From: Eledone cirrhosa
Taxonomy: Eukaryota
NCBI GenBank assembly: GCA_964016885.1
Contig: OZ024744.1
Coordinates: 10,788,001 to 10,852,000 of the forward strand
DNA length: 64,000 nt
Direction: 5' to 3'
Each line of letters begins with the position of its first letter. Positions within the stretch are counted from its first letter, which is position 1. The position numbers and the translations under genes are program-made. The notes beneath the pieces are model-generated. The model ran no database searches and was not told where the DNA came from. It was given only the letters and a program-made list of their open reading frames with translations. Of the stretch, positions 1 through 13,700 are shown in pieces.

Positions 1-3000
1 ATATGTTGTATTGTTGTTCTCCAATATGTCATGTTATACTCCAATAAGTTGTGTTCTTGTACTCCAATATGTTGTGTTGTTGTACTCCAATATATCATGT
101 TGTCGTACTCCAATATGTCATGTTATACTCCAATATGTCGTTGGTATACTCCAATATGTCATGTTGTACTCCAATGTGTCGTATTGTTGTACTCCAATAT
201 GTTTTGATGTTGTACTCCAATATGTTGTGTTGTTGTACTCCAATATGTTGTGTAGCCGTACTCCAATATGTTGTGTTGTTATACTCCAATATGTTATGTT
301 GTTGTACTCCAATATGTCATGTTGTTGTACTCCAATATGTTTTGATGTTGTACTCCAATATGTTGTGTTGTTGTACTCCAATATGGGTTGATGTTGTACT
401 CCAATATGTTGTGTTGTTGTACTCCAATATGATGTGTAGTCGTACTCCAATATGTTGTGTTGTTGTACTCCAATATGCTGTGATGTTGTACTCCAATATG
501 ATGTGCTGTTGTACTCCAATGCGTTGTGTTGTTGTACTCCAATATGCTGTGTTGTTATACTCCAATATGTTGTGTTGTTGTACTCCAATATGTTGTGTTG
601 TTGTACTCCAATATGTTGTGTTGTTGTAATCCAATATCTTGTGTTGTTATACTCCAATATGTTATGCTGTTGTACTCCAATATGTTGAGTTGTTATACTC
701 CAATATGTAGTGTTGTTATACTCCAATATGTTGTGTTGTTGTACTCCAATCTGTTGCGTTATACTCCAATATGTTGTGTTGTTATACTCCAATATGTTGT
801 GTTGTTATACTCCAATATGTTGTGTTGTTTTACTCCAATATATTGTATTGTTGATCTCCAATATGTCATATTATACTCCAATAAGTTGTGTTCTTGTACT
901 CCAATATGTGTTGTTGTTGTACTCCAATATGTTGCGTTGTTGTACTCCAATATATCATGTTGTCGTACTCCAATATGTCATGTTATACTCCAATATGTTT
1001 TGATGCTGTACTCCAATATGTTGTGTTGTTGTACTACAATATGTTGTGTTGTTGTACTCCAATATGTTGTGTTGTTATACTCCAATATGTTGTGCTGTTG
1101 TACTCCAATATGTTGTGTTGTTATACTCCAATATGTAGTGTTGTTATACTCCAATATGTTGTGTTGTTGTACTCCAATCTGTTGTGTTGTTATACTCCAA
1201 TATATTGTGTTGTTATACTCCAATATGTTGTGTTGTTTTACTCCAATATGTTGTGTTGTTGTACTCCAATATGTTGTATTGTTGTTCTCCAATATTTCAT
1301 GTTATACTCCAATAAGTTGTGTTCTTGTACTCCAATATGTTGTGTTGTTGTACTCCAATATGTTGTGTTGTTGTACTCCAATATATCATGTTGTCGTACT
1401 CCAATATGTCATGTTATACTCCAATATGTCGTTGTTATACTCCAATAGGTCATGATGTTGTACTCCAATATGTCGCGTTGTCGTACTCCAATATGTTGTG
1501 TTGTACTCCAATACGTTGTGCTGTTGTACTCCAATATGTTGTGTTGTTGTACCCCAATATGTTGTGTTGTTATACTCCAATATGTTGTGCTGTTGTACTC
1601 CAATATTTCGTGTTATTGTACTCCAATACGTCGTGTTGTACTCCAATATGTTGTATTGTTATACTCCAATATGTTATGTTGTTGTACTCCAATATGTCTT
1701 GTTGTTGTACTCCAATATGTTTTGATGTTGTACTCCAATATGTTGTGTTGTTGTACTCCAATATGTTTTGATGTTGTACTCCAATATGTTGTGTTGTTGT
1801 ACTCCAATATGTTGTGTAGTCGTACTCCAATATGTTGCGTTGTTGTACTCTAATGTGTTGTGTTGTTATTCTCCAATATGTTGTGATGTTGTACTCCAAT
1901 GCGTTGTGTTGTTGTACTCCAATGTGATGTGTTGTTGTACTCCAATATGTTGTGCTGTTGTACTCCAATATTTTTTGTTTTTTGTACTCCAATATGTTGT
2001 GTTGTTATACTCCAATATGTTGTGTTATTATACTCCAATATGTTGTGCTGTTGTACTCCAAATCTCGTGTTGTTATACTCCAATGTGTTGTGTTGTTATA
2101 CTCCAATATGGTGTGTTGTTGTACTCCAATATGTTGTATTGTTTTCTCCAATATGTCATGTTATACTCCAATATGGTGTGTTCGTGTACTCCAATATGTT
2201 GTGTTATTTTACTCCAATATGTTGCGTTGTTGTACTCCAATATGTTGTGTTGTTATACTCCAATATGTCGTGTGGCTGTACTCCAATATGTCATGTTGTT
2301 GTACTCCAATATGTCTTGTTATAGTCCAATATGTCGTGTTGTTGTACTCCAATATATCATGTAGTTGTACTCCAATATTTCGTGTTGTTGTACCCCAATA
2401 TGTAGTGTTGTTTATACTCCAATATGTTTTGCTGTTGTACTCCAATATGTTGTGTTGCTGTACTCCTATATGTTGTGTTGTTATTCTCCAATATGTTGTG
2501 CTGTTGTACTCCAATGTGTTGTGTTGTTATACTCCAATATGTTGTGTTGATTTACTCCAATATGTTGTGTTGTTGTACTCCAATCTGTTGTGTTGTTATA
2601 CTCCAATGTGTTGTGTTGTTATACTCCAATATGTTGTGTTGTTGTAGTCCAATATGTTGTGTTGTCGTACTCCAATATGTTGTGTTCTTATACTCCAATA
2701 TTTCGTGTGGTTGTACTCCAATATGTCATGGTGTTGTACTTCAATATGTCGTGTTGTTTTACTCCAATATGTTGTGTTGTTGTACTCCAATATGCTGTGT
2801 TGTTGTACTCCAATATGTTGTGTTGTTATACTCCAATATGTTGTGTTGTTGTACTCCAATATCTTGTGTTGTTATACTCCAATATGCTGTGTTGTTATAC
2901 TCCAATATGTTGTGTTGTTGTACTCCAATATGTTGTGCTGTTATACTCCAATATGATGTGCTGTTATACTCCAATATGTTGTGTTGTTGTACTCCAATAT

Positions 3001-3140
3001 GTTGTGTTGTTGTACTCCAATATGTTGTGCCGTTGTACTCCAATATTTTTTTTGTTTTTGTACTCCAAAATGTTGTGTTGTTATACTCCAATATGTTGTG
3101 TTGTTATACACCCATGTGGTGTGCTGTTGTAATCCAATAT
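1..3140 (+). repeat. Higher-order block A, copy 1 (near-identical to ~14785-17900)
   Basis: Identical ORF translations recur at offsets of 14784 (95..289 vs 14879..15073) and then 14761 (710..1003 vs 15471..15764; 2759..3091 vs 17520..17852). The rare marker ATATGGGTTG is at 381-390 and 15165-15174. Confidence 0.9.
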
Positions 3141-6100
3141 GTTTTGATGTTGTACTCCAATATGTTGTGTTTTTTGTACTCCAATATGTTGTGTAGTCGT
3201 ACTCCAATATGTTGTGTTGTTGCACTCCAATATGATGTGATGTTGTACTCCAATATGATGTGATGTTGCACTCCAATGCGTTGTGTTGTTGTACTCCAAT
3301 GTGATGTGTTGTTGTACTCCAATATGTTGTGCCGTTGTACTCCAATATTTTTTTATTTTTGTACTCCAATATGTTGTGTTGTTATACTCCAATATGTTGT
3401 GTTGTTATACTCCAATATGTTGTGCTGTTGTACTCCAAATCTCGTGTTGTTTTACTCCAATGTGTTGTGTTGTTATAATCCAATAAGGTGTGTTGTTGTA
3501 CTCCAATATGTTGTATTGTTTTTTTCCAATATGTCATGTTATACTCCAATATGTTGTGTTCGTGTACTCCAATATGTTGTGTTATTGTACTCCAATATGT
3601 TGCGTTGTTGTACTCCAATATGTTGTGTTGTTATACTCCAATATGTTGTGTTGTTGTACTCCAATATGTTGTCTTGTTGTACTCCAAAAGGCCATGTTAT
3701 CGTACTCCAATATGTCTTGTTATACTCCAATATGTCGTGTGGCTGTACTCCAATATGTCATGTTGTTGTACTCAAATATGTCTTGTTATAGTCCAATATG
3801 TCGTGTTGTTGTACTCCAATATGTCATGTAGTTGTATTCCAATATTTCGTGTTGTTGTACCCCAATATGTCGTGTTGTTTATACTCCAATATGTTTTGCT
3901 GTTGTACTCCAATATGTTGTGTTGCTGTACTCCAATATGTTGTGTTGTTATTCTCCAATATGTTGTGCTGTTGTACTCCAATGTGTTATGTTGTTATACT
4001 CCAATATGTTGTGCTGTGCTACTCCAATATATTGTGTTGTTGTACTCCAATGTGTTGTGTTGTTATACTCCAATATGTTGTGTTGATTTACTCCAATATG
4101 TTGTGTTGTTGTACTCCAATCTGTTGTGTTGTTATACTCCAATATGTTGTGTTGTTATACTCCAATATGTTGTGTTGTTTTACTCCAATATGTTGTGTTG
4201 TTGTACTCCAATATGTTGTGTTGTTGTACTCCAATATGTTGTGTTGTTGTACTCCAATATGTTGTGTTGTTGTAATCCAATATCTTGTGTTGTTATACTC
4301 CAATATGTTGTGTTGTTGTACTCCAATATGTTGTGTTGTTATACTCCAATATGTTGTGTTGTGATACTCCAATATGTTGTGCTGTTGTACTCCAATATGT
4401 TGTGTTGTTATACTCCAATATGTTGTGTTGTTTTACTCCAATATGTTGTGTTGTTGTACTCCAATATGTTGTATTGTTGTTCTCCAATATGTCATGTTAT
4501 ACTCCAATAAGTTGTGTTCTTGTACTCCAATATGTTGTGTTGTACTCCAATATATCATGTTGTCGTACTCCAATATGTCATGTTATACTCCAATATGTCG
4601 TTGTTATACTCAAATATGTCATGTTGTTGTACTTCAATATGTCGTATTGTTGTACTCCAATATGTTTTGATGTTGTACTCCAATATGTTGTGTTGTTGTA
4701 TTCCAATATGTTGTGTAGTCGTACTCCAATATGTTGTATTGTTATACTCCAATATGTTGTGCTGTTGTACTCCAATATGTTCTGTCGTTGAACTCCAATA
4801 TATTGTGTTGTTCTACTCCAATATGTCGTGTTGTTGTACTCCAATATGTCGTGTTGTTGTACTCCAATATGTCGTGTTGTTGTACTCCAATATGTCGTGT
4901 TGTTGTACTCCAATATGTTGTGTTGTTGTACTCCAATATGTTGTGTTGTTATACTCCAATATGTTATGTTGTTGTACTCCAATATGTCATGTTGTACTCC
5001 AATATGTTGTGTTGTTGTACTCCAATATGTTTTGATGTTGTACTCCAATATGTTGTGTTGTTGTACTCCAATATGTTGTGTAGTCGTACTCCAATATGTT
5101 GTGTTGTTGTTCTCCAATATGTTGTGTTGTTATACTCCAATATGTTATGTTGTTGTACTCCAATATGTCATGTTGTACTCCAATATGTTTTGATGTTGTA
5201 CTCCAATATGTTGTGCTGTTGTACTCCAATATTTTTTTGTTTTTGTACTCCAATATGTTGTGTTGTTATACTCCAATATGTTGTGCTGTTGTACTCCAAA
5301 TCTCGTGTTGTTATACTCCAATATGGTGTGTTCGTGTACTCCAATAGGTTATGTTATTGTACTCCAATATGTTGCGTTGTTGTACTCCAATATGTTGTGT
5401 TGTTATACTCCAATATGTCGTGTTGTTTTACTCCAATATGTCATGCTGTTGTACTCCAATATGTTTTGCTGTTGTACTCCACTGTGTTGTGTTGTTGAAC
5501 TCCAATATGTTGTGTTGTTGTTCTCCAATATTTTGTGCTGTTGTACTCCAATTTGTGTTGTTGTACTCCAATATGTTATGTTGTTGTACTCCAATATGTT
5601 GTGTTGTTGTACTCCAATATGTTGTGCTGTTGTACTCCAATATTTCGTGTTGTTGTACTCCAATATTTCGTGTTGTTGTACTCCAATATGTTTTGATGTT
5701 GTACTCCAATATGTTTTGATGTTGTACTCCAATATGTTGTGTTGTTGTACTCCAATATGTTTTGATGTTGTACTCCAATATGTTGTGTTGTTGTACTCCA
5801 ATATGTTGTGTAGGCGTACTCCAATATGTTGTGTTGTTGTACTCCAATATGATGTGATGTTGTACTCCAATATGATGTGATGTTGTACTCCAATGCGTTG
5901 TGTTGTTGTACTCCAATGTGATGTGTTGTTGTACTCCAATATGTTGTGTCGTTGTACTCTAATATTTTTTATTTTTGTACTCCAATATGTTGTGTTGTTA
6001 TACTCCAATATGTTGTGCTGTTGTACTCCAAATCTCGTGTTGTTATACTCCAATGTGTTGTGTTGTTATACTCCAATATGGTGTGTTGTTGTACTCCAAT

Positions 6101-9100
6101 ATGTTGTATTGTTTTTTCCAATATGTCATGTTATACTCCAATATGTTGTGTTCGTGTACTCCAATATGTTGTGTTATTGTACTCCAATATGTTGCGTTGT
6201 TGTACTCCAATATGTTGTGTTGTTATACTCCAATATGTTGTGTTGTTGTACTCCAATATGTTGTCTTGTTGTACTCCAAAAGGCCATGTTATCGTACTCC
6301 AATATGTCTTGTTATACTCCAATATGTCGTGTGGCTGTACTCCAATATGTCATGTTGTTGTACTCCAATATGTCTTGTTATAGTCCAATATGTCGTGTTG
6401 TTGTACTCCAATATGTCATGTAGTTGTATTCCAATATTTCGTGTTGTTGTACCCCAATATGTCGTGTTGTTTATACTCCAATATGTTTTGCTGTTGTACT
6501 CCAATATGTTGTGTTGCTGTACTCCAATATGTTGTGTTGTTATTCTCCAATATGTTGTGCTGTTGTACTCCAATGTGTTATGTTGTTATACTCCAATATG
6601 TTGTGCTGTGCTACTCCAATATATTGTGTTGTTGTACTCCAATGTGTTGTGTTGTTATACTCCAATATGTTGTGTTGATTTACTCCAATATGTTGTGTTG
6701 TTGTACTCCAATCTGTTGTGTTGTTATACTCCAATATGTTGTGTTGTTATACTCCAATATGTTGTGTTGTTTTACTCCAATATGTTGTGTTGTTGTACTC
6801 CAATATGTTGTGTTGTTGTACTCCAATATGTTGTGTTGTTGTAATCCAATATCTTGTGTTGTTATACTCCAATATGTTGTGTTGTTGTACTCCAATATGT
6901 TGTGTTGTTGTACTCCAATATGTTGTATTGTTGTTCTCCAATATGTCATGTTATACTCCAATAAGTTGTGTTATTGTACTCCAATGTGTTGTGTTGTTGT
7001 ACTCCAATATATCATGTTGTCGTACTCCAATATGTCATGTTATACTCCAATATGTCGTTGTTATACTCCAATATGTCATGTTGTTGTACTCCAATATGTC
7101 GTATTGTTGTACTCCAATATGTTTTGATGTTGTACTCCAATGTGTTGTGTTGTTGTACTCCAATATGTTGTGTAGTCGTACTCCAATATTTTGTATTGTT
7201 ATACTCCAATATGTTGTGCTATTGTACTCCAATATGTTCTGTTGTTGTACTCCAATATATTGTGTTGTTGTACTCCAATATGTCGTGTTGTTGTACTCCA
7301 ATATGTCGTGTTGTTGTACTCCAATATGTTGTGTTGTTGTACTCCAATATGTTGTGTTGTTGTACTCCAATATGTTGTGTTGTTGTACTCCAATATGTTG
7401 TGTTGTTATACTCCAATATGTTATGTTGTTGTACTCCAATATGTCATGTTGTTGTACTCCAATATGTTTTGATGTTGCACTCCAATATGTTGTGTTGTTG
7501 TACTCCAATATGTTGTGTAGTCGTACTCCAATATGTTGTGTTGTTGTACTCCAATATGCTGTGATGTTGTACTCCAATATGATGTGCTGTTGTACTCCAA
7601 TGCGTTGTGTTGTTGTACTCCAATATGCTGTGTTGTTATACTCCAATATGTTGTGTTGTTGTACTCCAATATGTTGTGTTGTTGTACTCCAATATGTTGT
7701 GTTGTTGTAATCCAATATCTTGTGTTGTTATACTCCAATATGTTGTGCTGTTGTACTCCAATATGTTGAATTGTTATACTCCAATATGTTGTGTTGTTGT
7801 ACTCCAATATGTTGTGTTGTTGTACTCCAATATGTTGTGTTATTGTACTCCAATATGTGATGTTGTTGTACTCCAATATGTCGTGATGTTGTACTCCAAT
7901 ATGTTGTGTTGTTATACCCCACTATTTCATGTTGTTGTACTCCAATATGTCTTGTTGTTGTACTCCAATATGTTTTGATGTTGTACTCCAATATGTTGTG
8001 TTGTTGTACTCCAATATATCATGTTGTCGTACTCCAATATGTCATGTTATACTCCAATATGTCGTTGTTATACTCCAATATGTCATGTTGTTGTACTCCA
8101 ATATGTTGTGTTGTTGTACTCCGATATGTTGTGTTGGACTATACTCCAATATGTAGTGTTGTTGTAATCCAATATGTTGTGTTGTTGTACTCCAATATAT
8201 AGTGATGTTGTACTCCAATATGTTGTGTTGTTATACTCCACTATTTCGTGTTGTTTTACTCCAATATGTCATGTTGTTGTTCTCCAATATTTCGTGTTGT
8301 TGTACTCCAATATGTCATGGTGTTGTACTTCAATATGTCCTATTGTTGTACTCCAATATGTTGTGTTGTTGTTCTCCAATATGTCGTGTTGTTATACTCC
8401 AATATGTTATGATGTTGTACTGCAATATATTGTGTTGTTGTACTCCAATATGTCTTGTTATAGTCCAATATATCGTGTTGTTGTACTCCAATATGTCATG
8501 TTGTTGTACTCCAATATTTCGTGTTGTTGTACACCAATATGTCGTGTTGATTATACTACAATTTTTGTTGCTGTTGTACTCCAATATGTTGTGTTGTTGT
8601 ACTCTAATATGTTGTGTTGTTATTCTCCAATATGTTGTGCTGTTGTACTCCAATATGTTGTATTGTTGTTCTCCAATATGTCATGTTATACTCCAATAAG
8701 TTGTGTTTTTGTACTCCAATATGTTGTGTTGTTGTACTCCAATATGTTGTGTTGTTGTACTCCAATATGTTGTGTTGTTGTACTCCAATATATCATGTTG
8801 TCGTACTCCAATGTGTCATGTTATACTCTAATATGTCGTTGTTATACTCCAATATGTCATGATGTTGTACTCCAATATGTCGTGTTCTTGTACTCCAATA
8901 TGCCGTGTTGTCGTACTCCAATATTTTGTGTTGTTGTACTCCAATATGTTGTGCTGTTGTACTCCAATATGTTGTGTTGTTGTACTTCAATATGTTGTGT
9001 TGTTATACTCCAATATGTTGTGCTGTTGTACTCCAATATTTCGTGTTGTTGTACTCCAATACGTCATGTTGTACTCCAATATGTTGTGTTGTTATACTCC

Positions 9101-10730
9101 AATATGTTATGTTGTTGTACTCCAATATGTCTTGTTGTTGTACTCCAATATGTTTTGATGTTGTACTCCAATATGTTGTGTTGTTGTACTCCAATATGAT
9201 GTGATGTTGTACTCCAATGCGTTGTGTTGTTGTACTCCAATGTGATGTGTTGTTGTACTCCAATATGTTGTGTTGTTATACTCCAATGTGTTGTGTTGTT
9301 ATACTCCAATATGTTGTGTTGTTGTAGCCCAATATGTTGTGTTGTTGTACTCCAATGTGATATGTTGTTATACTCCAATATGTTGTGCTGTTGTACTCCA
9401 ATTTTTTTTGTTTTTTGTACTCCAATATGTTGTGTTGTTATACTCCAATATGTTGTGTTGTTATACTCCAATATGTTGTGCTGTTGTACTCCAAATCTCG
9501 TGTTGTTATACTCCAATATGGTGTGTTCGTGTACTCCAATATGTTGTGTTATTGTACTCCAATATGTTGCGTTGTTGTACTCCAATATGTTGTGTTGTTA
9601 TACTCCAATATGTCGTGTGGCTGTACTCCAATATTTCGTGTTGTTGTACCCCAATATGTAGTGTTGTTTATACTCCAATATGTTTTGCTGTTGTACTCCA
9701 ATATGTTGTGTTGCTGTACTCCTATATGTTGCGTTGTTATTCTCCAATATGTTGTGCTGTTGTACTCCAATGTGTTGTGTTGTTATACTCCAATATGTTG
9801 TGTTGATTTACTCCAATATGTTGTGTTGTTATACTCCAATCTGTTGTGTTGTTATACTCCAATGTGTTGTGTTGTTATACTCCAATATGTTGTGTTGTTG
9901 TAGCCCAATATGTTGTGTTGTTGTACTCCAATATGTTGTGTTGTCGTACTCCAATATGTCCTGTTGTTGTACTCCAATATGTTGTGTTGTTATACTCCAA
10001 TATTTCATGTGGTTGTACTCCAATATGTTGTCTTGCTGTACTCCAATCTGTTGTATTGTTGTACTCCAATATGTTCTGTTGTTGTACTCCAATATATTGT
10101 ATTGTTGTACTCCAGTATGTTGTGTTGTTGTACTCCAATATGCTGTGTTGTTGTACTCCAATATGTTGTGTTGTTGTACTCCAATATGTTGTGTTGTTGT
10201 ACTCCAATATCTTGTGTTGTTGTACTCCAATATGTTGTGTTGTTGTACTCCAATATGTTGTGTTGTGGTACTCCAATATGGTGTGTTGTTGAACTCCAAT
10301 ATGTTGTATTGTTTTTCTCCAATATGTCATGTTATACTCCAATATGTTGTGTTCGTGTACTCCAATATGTCATGTTGTTGTACTCCAGTATGTCTTGTTA
10401 TACTCCAATATGTCGTGTTGCTGTACTCCAATATGTCATGCTGTTGTACTCCAATATTTCGTGTCGTTGTACTCCAATATGTCGTGCTTTTGTACTCCAA
10501 TATGTTTTGCTGTTGTACTCCACTGTGTTGTGTTGTTGAACTGCAATATGTTGTGTTGTTGTTCTCCAATATTTTGTGATGTTGTACTCCAATGTGTTGT
10601 GTTGTTATACTCCAATATGTTGTGTTGTGATACTCCAATGTGTTGTGTTGTTGTACTCCAATATGTTGTGTTGTTATACTCCAATGTGGTGTGCTGTTGT
10701 AATCCAATAGGTTGTGTTGTACTCCAATAT
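3140..10730 (+). repeat. Higher-order block B, ~7.6 kb (second copy at ~35820-43370)
   Basis: ORF pairs lie at offsets 32684 (3276 vs 35960; 5096 vs 37780), 32661 (5893 vs 38554), 32638 (7533 vs 40171) and 32615 (8174 vs 40789; 10398 vs 43013). The offsets differ by multiples of 23. Confidence 0.88.
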
Positions 10731-13700
10731 GTTGTGCTGTTGTACTCCAATATTTCGTGTTGTTGCACTCCAATACGTCGTGTTGTTGTACTCCAATATG
10801 TTTTGATGTTGTACTCCAATATGTTGTGTTGTTGTACTCCAATATGTTTTGATGTTATACTCCAATATGTTGTGTTGTTGTACTCCAATATGTTGTGTAG
10901 TCGTACTCCAATATGTTGTGTTGTTGTACTCCAATATGCTGTGATGTTGTACTCCAATATGATGTGATGTTGTACTCCAATGCGTTGTATTGTTGTACTC
11001 CAATGTGATGTGTTGTTGTACTCCAATATGTTGTGCCGTTGTACTCCAATATTTTTTATTTTTGTACTCCAATATGTTGTGTTGTTATACTCCAATATGT
11101 TGTGTTGTTATACTCCAATATGTTGTGCTGTTGTACTCCAAATCTCGTGTTGTTATACTCCAATGTGTTGTGTTGTTATACTCCAATATGGTGTGTTGTT
11201 GTACTCCAATATGTTGTATTGTTTTTTTCCAATATGTCATGTTATACTCCAATATGTTGTGTTCGTGTACTCCAATATGTTGTGTTATTGTACTCCAATA
11301 TGTTGCGTTGTTGTACTCCAATATGTTGTGTTGTTATACTCCAATATGTTGTGTTGTTGTACTCCAATATGTTGTCTTGTTGTACTCCAAAAGGCCATGT
11401 TATCGTACTCCAATATGTCTTGTTATACTCCAATATGTCGTGTGGCTGTACTCCAATATGTCATGTTGTTGTACTCCAATATGTCTTGTTATAGTCCAAT
11501 ATGTCGTGTTGTTGTACTCCAATATGTCATGTAGTTGTATTCCAATATTTCGTGTTGTTGTACCCCAATATGTCGTGTTGTTTATACTCCAATATGTTTT
11601 GCTGTTCTACTCCAATATGTTGTGTTGCTGTACTCCAATATGTTGTGTTGTTATTCTCCAATATGTTGTGCTGTTGTACTCCAATGTGTTATGTTGTTAT
11701 ACTCCAATATGTTGTGCTGTGCTACTCCAATATATTGTGTTGTTGTACTCCAATGTGTTGTGTTGTTATACTCCAATATGTTGTGTTGATTTACTCCAAT
11801 ATGTTGTGTTGTTGTACTCCAATCTGTTGTGTTGTTATACTCCAATATGTTGTGTTGTTATACTCCAATATGTTGTGTTGTTTTACTACAATATGTTGTG
11901 TTGTTGTACTCCAATATGTTGTGTTGTTGTACTCCAATATGTTGTGTTGTTGTAATCCAATATCTTGTGTTGTTATACTCCAATATGTTGTGTTGTTGTA
12001 CTCCAATATGTTGTGTTGTTATACTCCAATATGTTGTATTGTGATACTCCAATATGTTGTGCTGTTGTACTCCAATATGTTGTGTTGTTATACTCCAATA
12101 TGTTGTGTTATTTTACTCCAATATGTTGTGTTGTTGTACTCCAATATGTTGTATTGTTGTTCTCCAATATGTCATGTTATACTCCAATAAGTTGTGTTCT
12201 TGTACTCCAATATGTTGTGTTGTTGTACTCTAATATATCATGTTGTCGTACTCTAATATGTCATGTTATACTCCAATATGTCGTTGTTATACTCCAATAT
12301 GTCATGTTGTTGTACTCCAATATGTCGTATTGTTGTACTCCAATATGTTTTGATGTTGCACTCCAATATGTTGTGTTGTTGTACTCCAATATGTTGTGTG
12401 GTCGTACTCCAATATGTTGTATTGTTATACTCCAATATGTTGTGCTGTTGTACTCCAATATGTTCTGTTGTTGTACTCCAATATATTGTGTTGCTGTACT
12501 CCAATATGTCGTGTTGTTGTACTCCAATATGTTGTGTTGTTGTACTCCAATATGTTGTGTTGTTGTACTCCAATATGTTGTGTTGTTATATTCCAATATG
12601 TTATGTTGTTGTACTCCAATATGTCATGTTGTTGTACTCCAATATGTTTTGATGTTGTACTCCAATATGTTGTGTTGTTGTACTCCAATATGTTTTGATG
12701 TTGTACTCCAATATGTTGTGTTGTTGTACTCCAATATGTTGTGTAGTCTTACTCCAATATGTTGTGTTGTTGTACTCCAATATGATGTGATGTTGTACTC
12801 CAATATGATGTGCTGTTGTACTCCAATGCGTTGTGTTGTTGTACTCCAATATGCTGTGTTGTTATACTCCAATATGTTGTGTTGTTATACTCCAATATGT
12901 TGTGTTGGTGTAATCCAATATCTTGTGTTATTTTACTCCAATATGTTGTGTTGTTGTACTCCAATATGTTGTGTTGTTGTACTCCAATATGTTGTGTTGT
13001 TGTAATCCAATATCTTGTGTTGTTATACTCCAATATGTTGTGCTGTTGTACTCCAATATTTTGAGTTGTTATACTCCAATATGTAGTGTTGTTATACTCC
13101 AATATGTTGTGTTGTTGTACTCCAATCTGTTGCGTTATACTCCAATATGTTGTGTTGTTATACTCCAATATGTTGTGTTGTTATACTCCAATATGTTGTG
13201 TTGTTTTACTCCAATATGTTGTATTGTTGATCTCCAATATGTCATATTATACTCCAATAAGTTGTGTTCTTGTACTCCAATATGTTTTGTTGTTGTACTC
13301 CAATATGTTGCTTTGTTGTACTCCAATATATCATGTTGTCGTACTGCAATATGTCATGTTATACTCCAATATGTTTTGATGCTGTACTCCAATATGTTGT
13401 GTTGTTGTACTACAATATGTTGTGTTGTTGTACTCCAATATGTTGTGTTGTTATACTCCAATATGTTGTGCTGTTGTACTCCAATATGTTGTGTTGTTAT
13501 ACTCCAATATGTAGTGTTGTTATACTCCAATATGTTGTGTTGTTGTACTCCAATCTGTTGTGTTGTTATACTCCAATATATTGTGTTGTTATACTCCAAT
13601 ATGTTGTGTTGTTTAACTCCAATATGTTGTGTTGTTGTACTCCAATATGTTGTATTGTTGTTCTCCAATATGTCATGTTATACTCCAATAAGTTGTGTCC

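Noticed and set aside
21-25. CCAAT boxes and minus-strand TATAA motifs as promoter elements
   Set aside because: They occur thousands of times simply as part of the monomer, and there is no adjacent gene or other promoter context.
118-792. Minus-strand Thr/Asn/Gln-rich ORFs resembling mucin, adhesin or ice-binding repeats
   Set aside because: They are the reverse-complement translation of the same satellite, are repeatedly cut by the common TTATAC (TAA) variant, and have no signal peptide or non-repeat termini.
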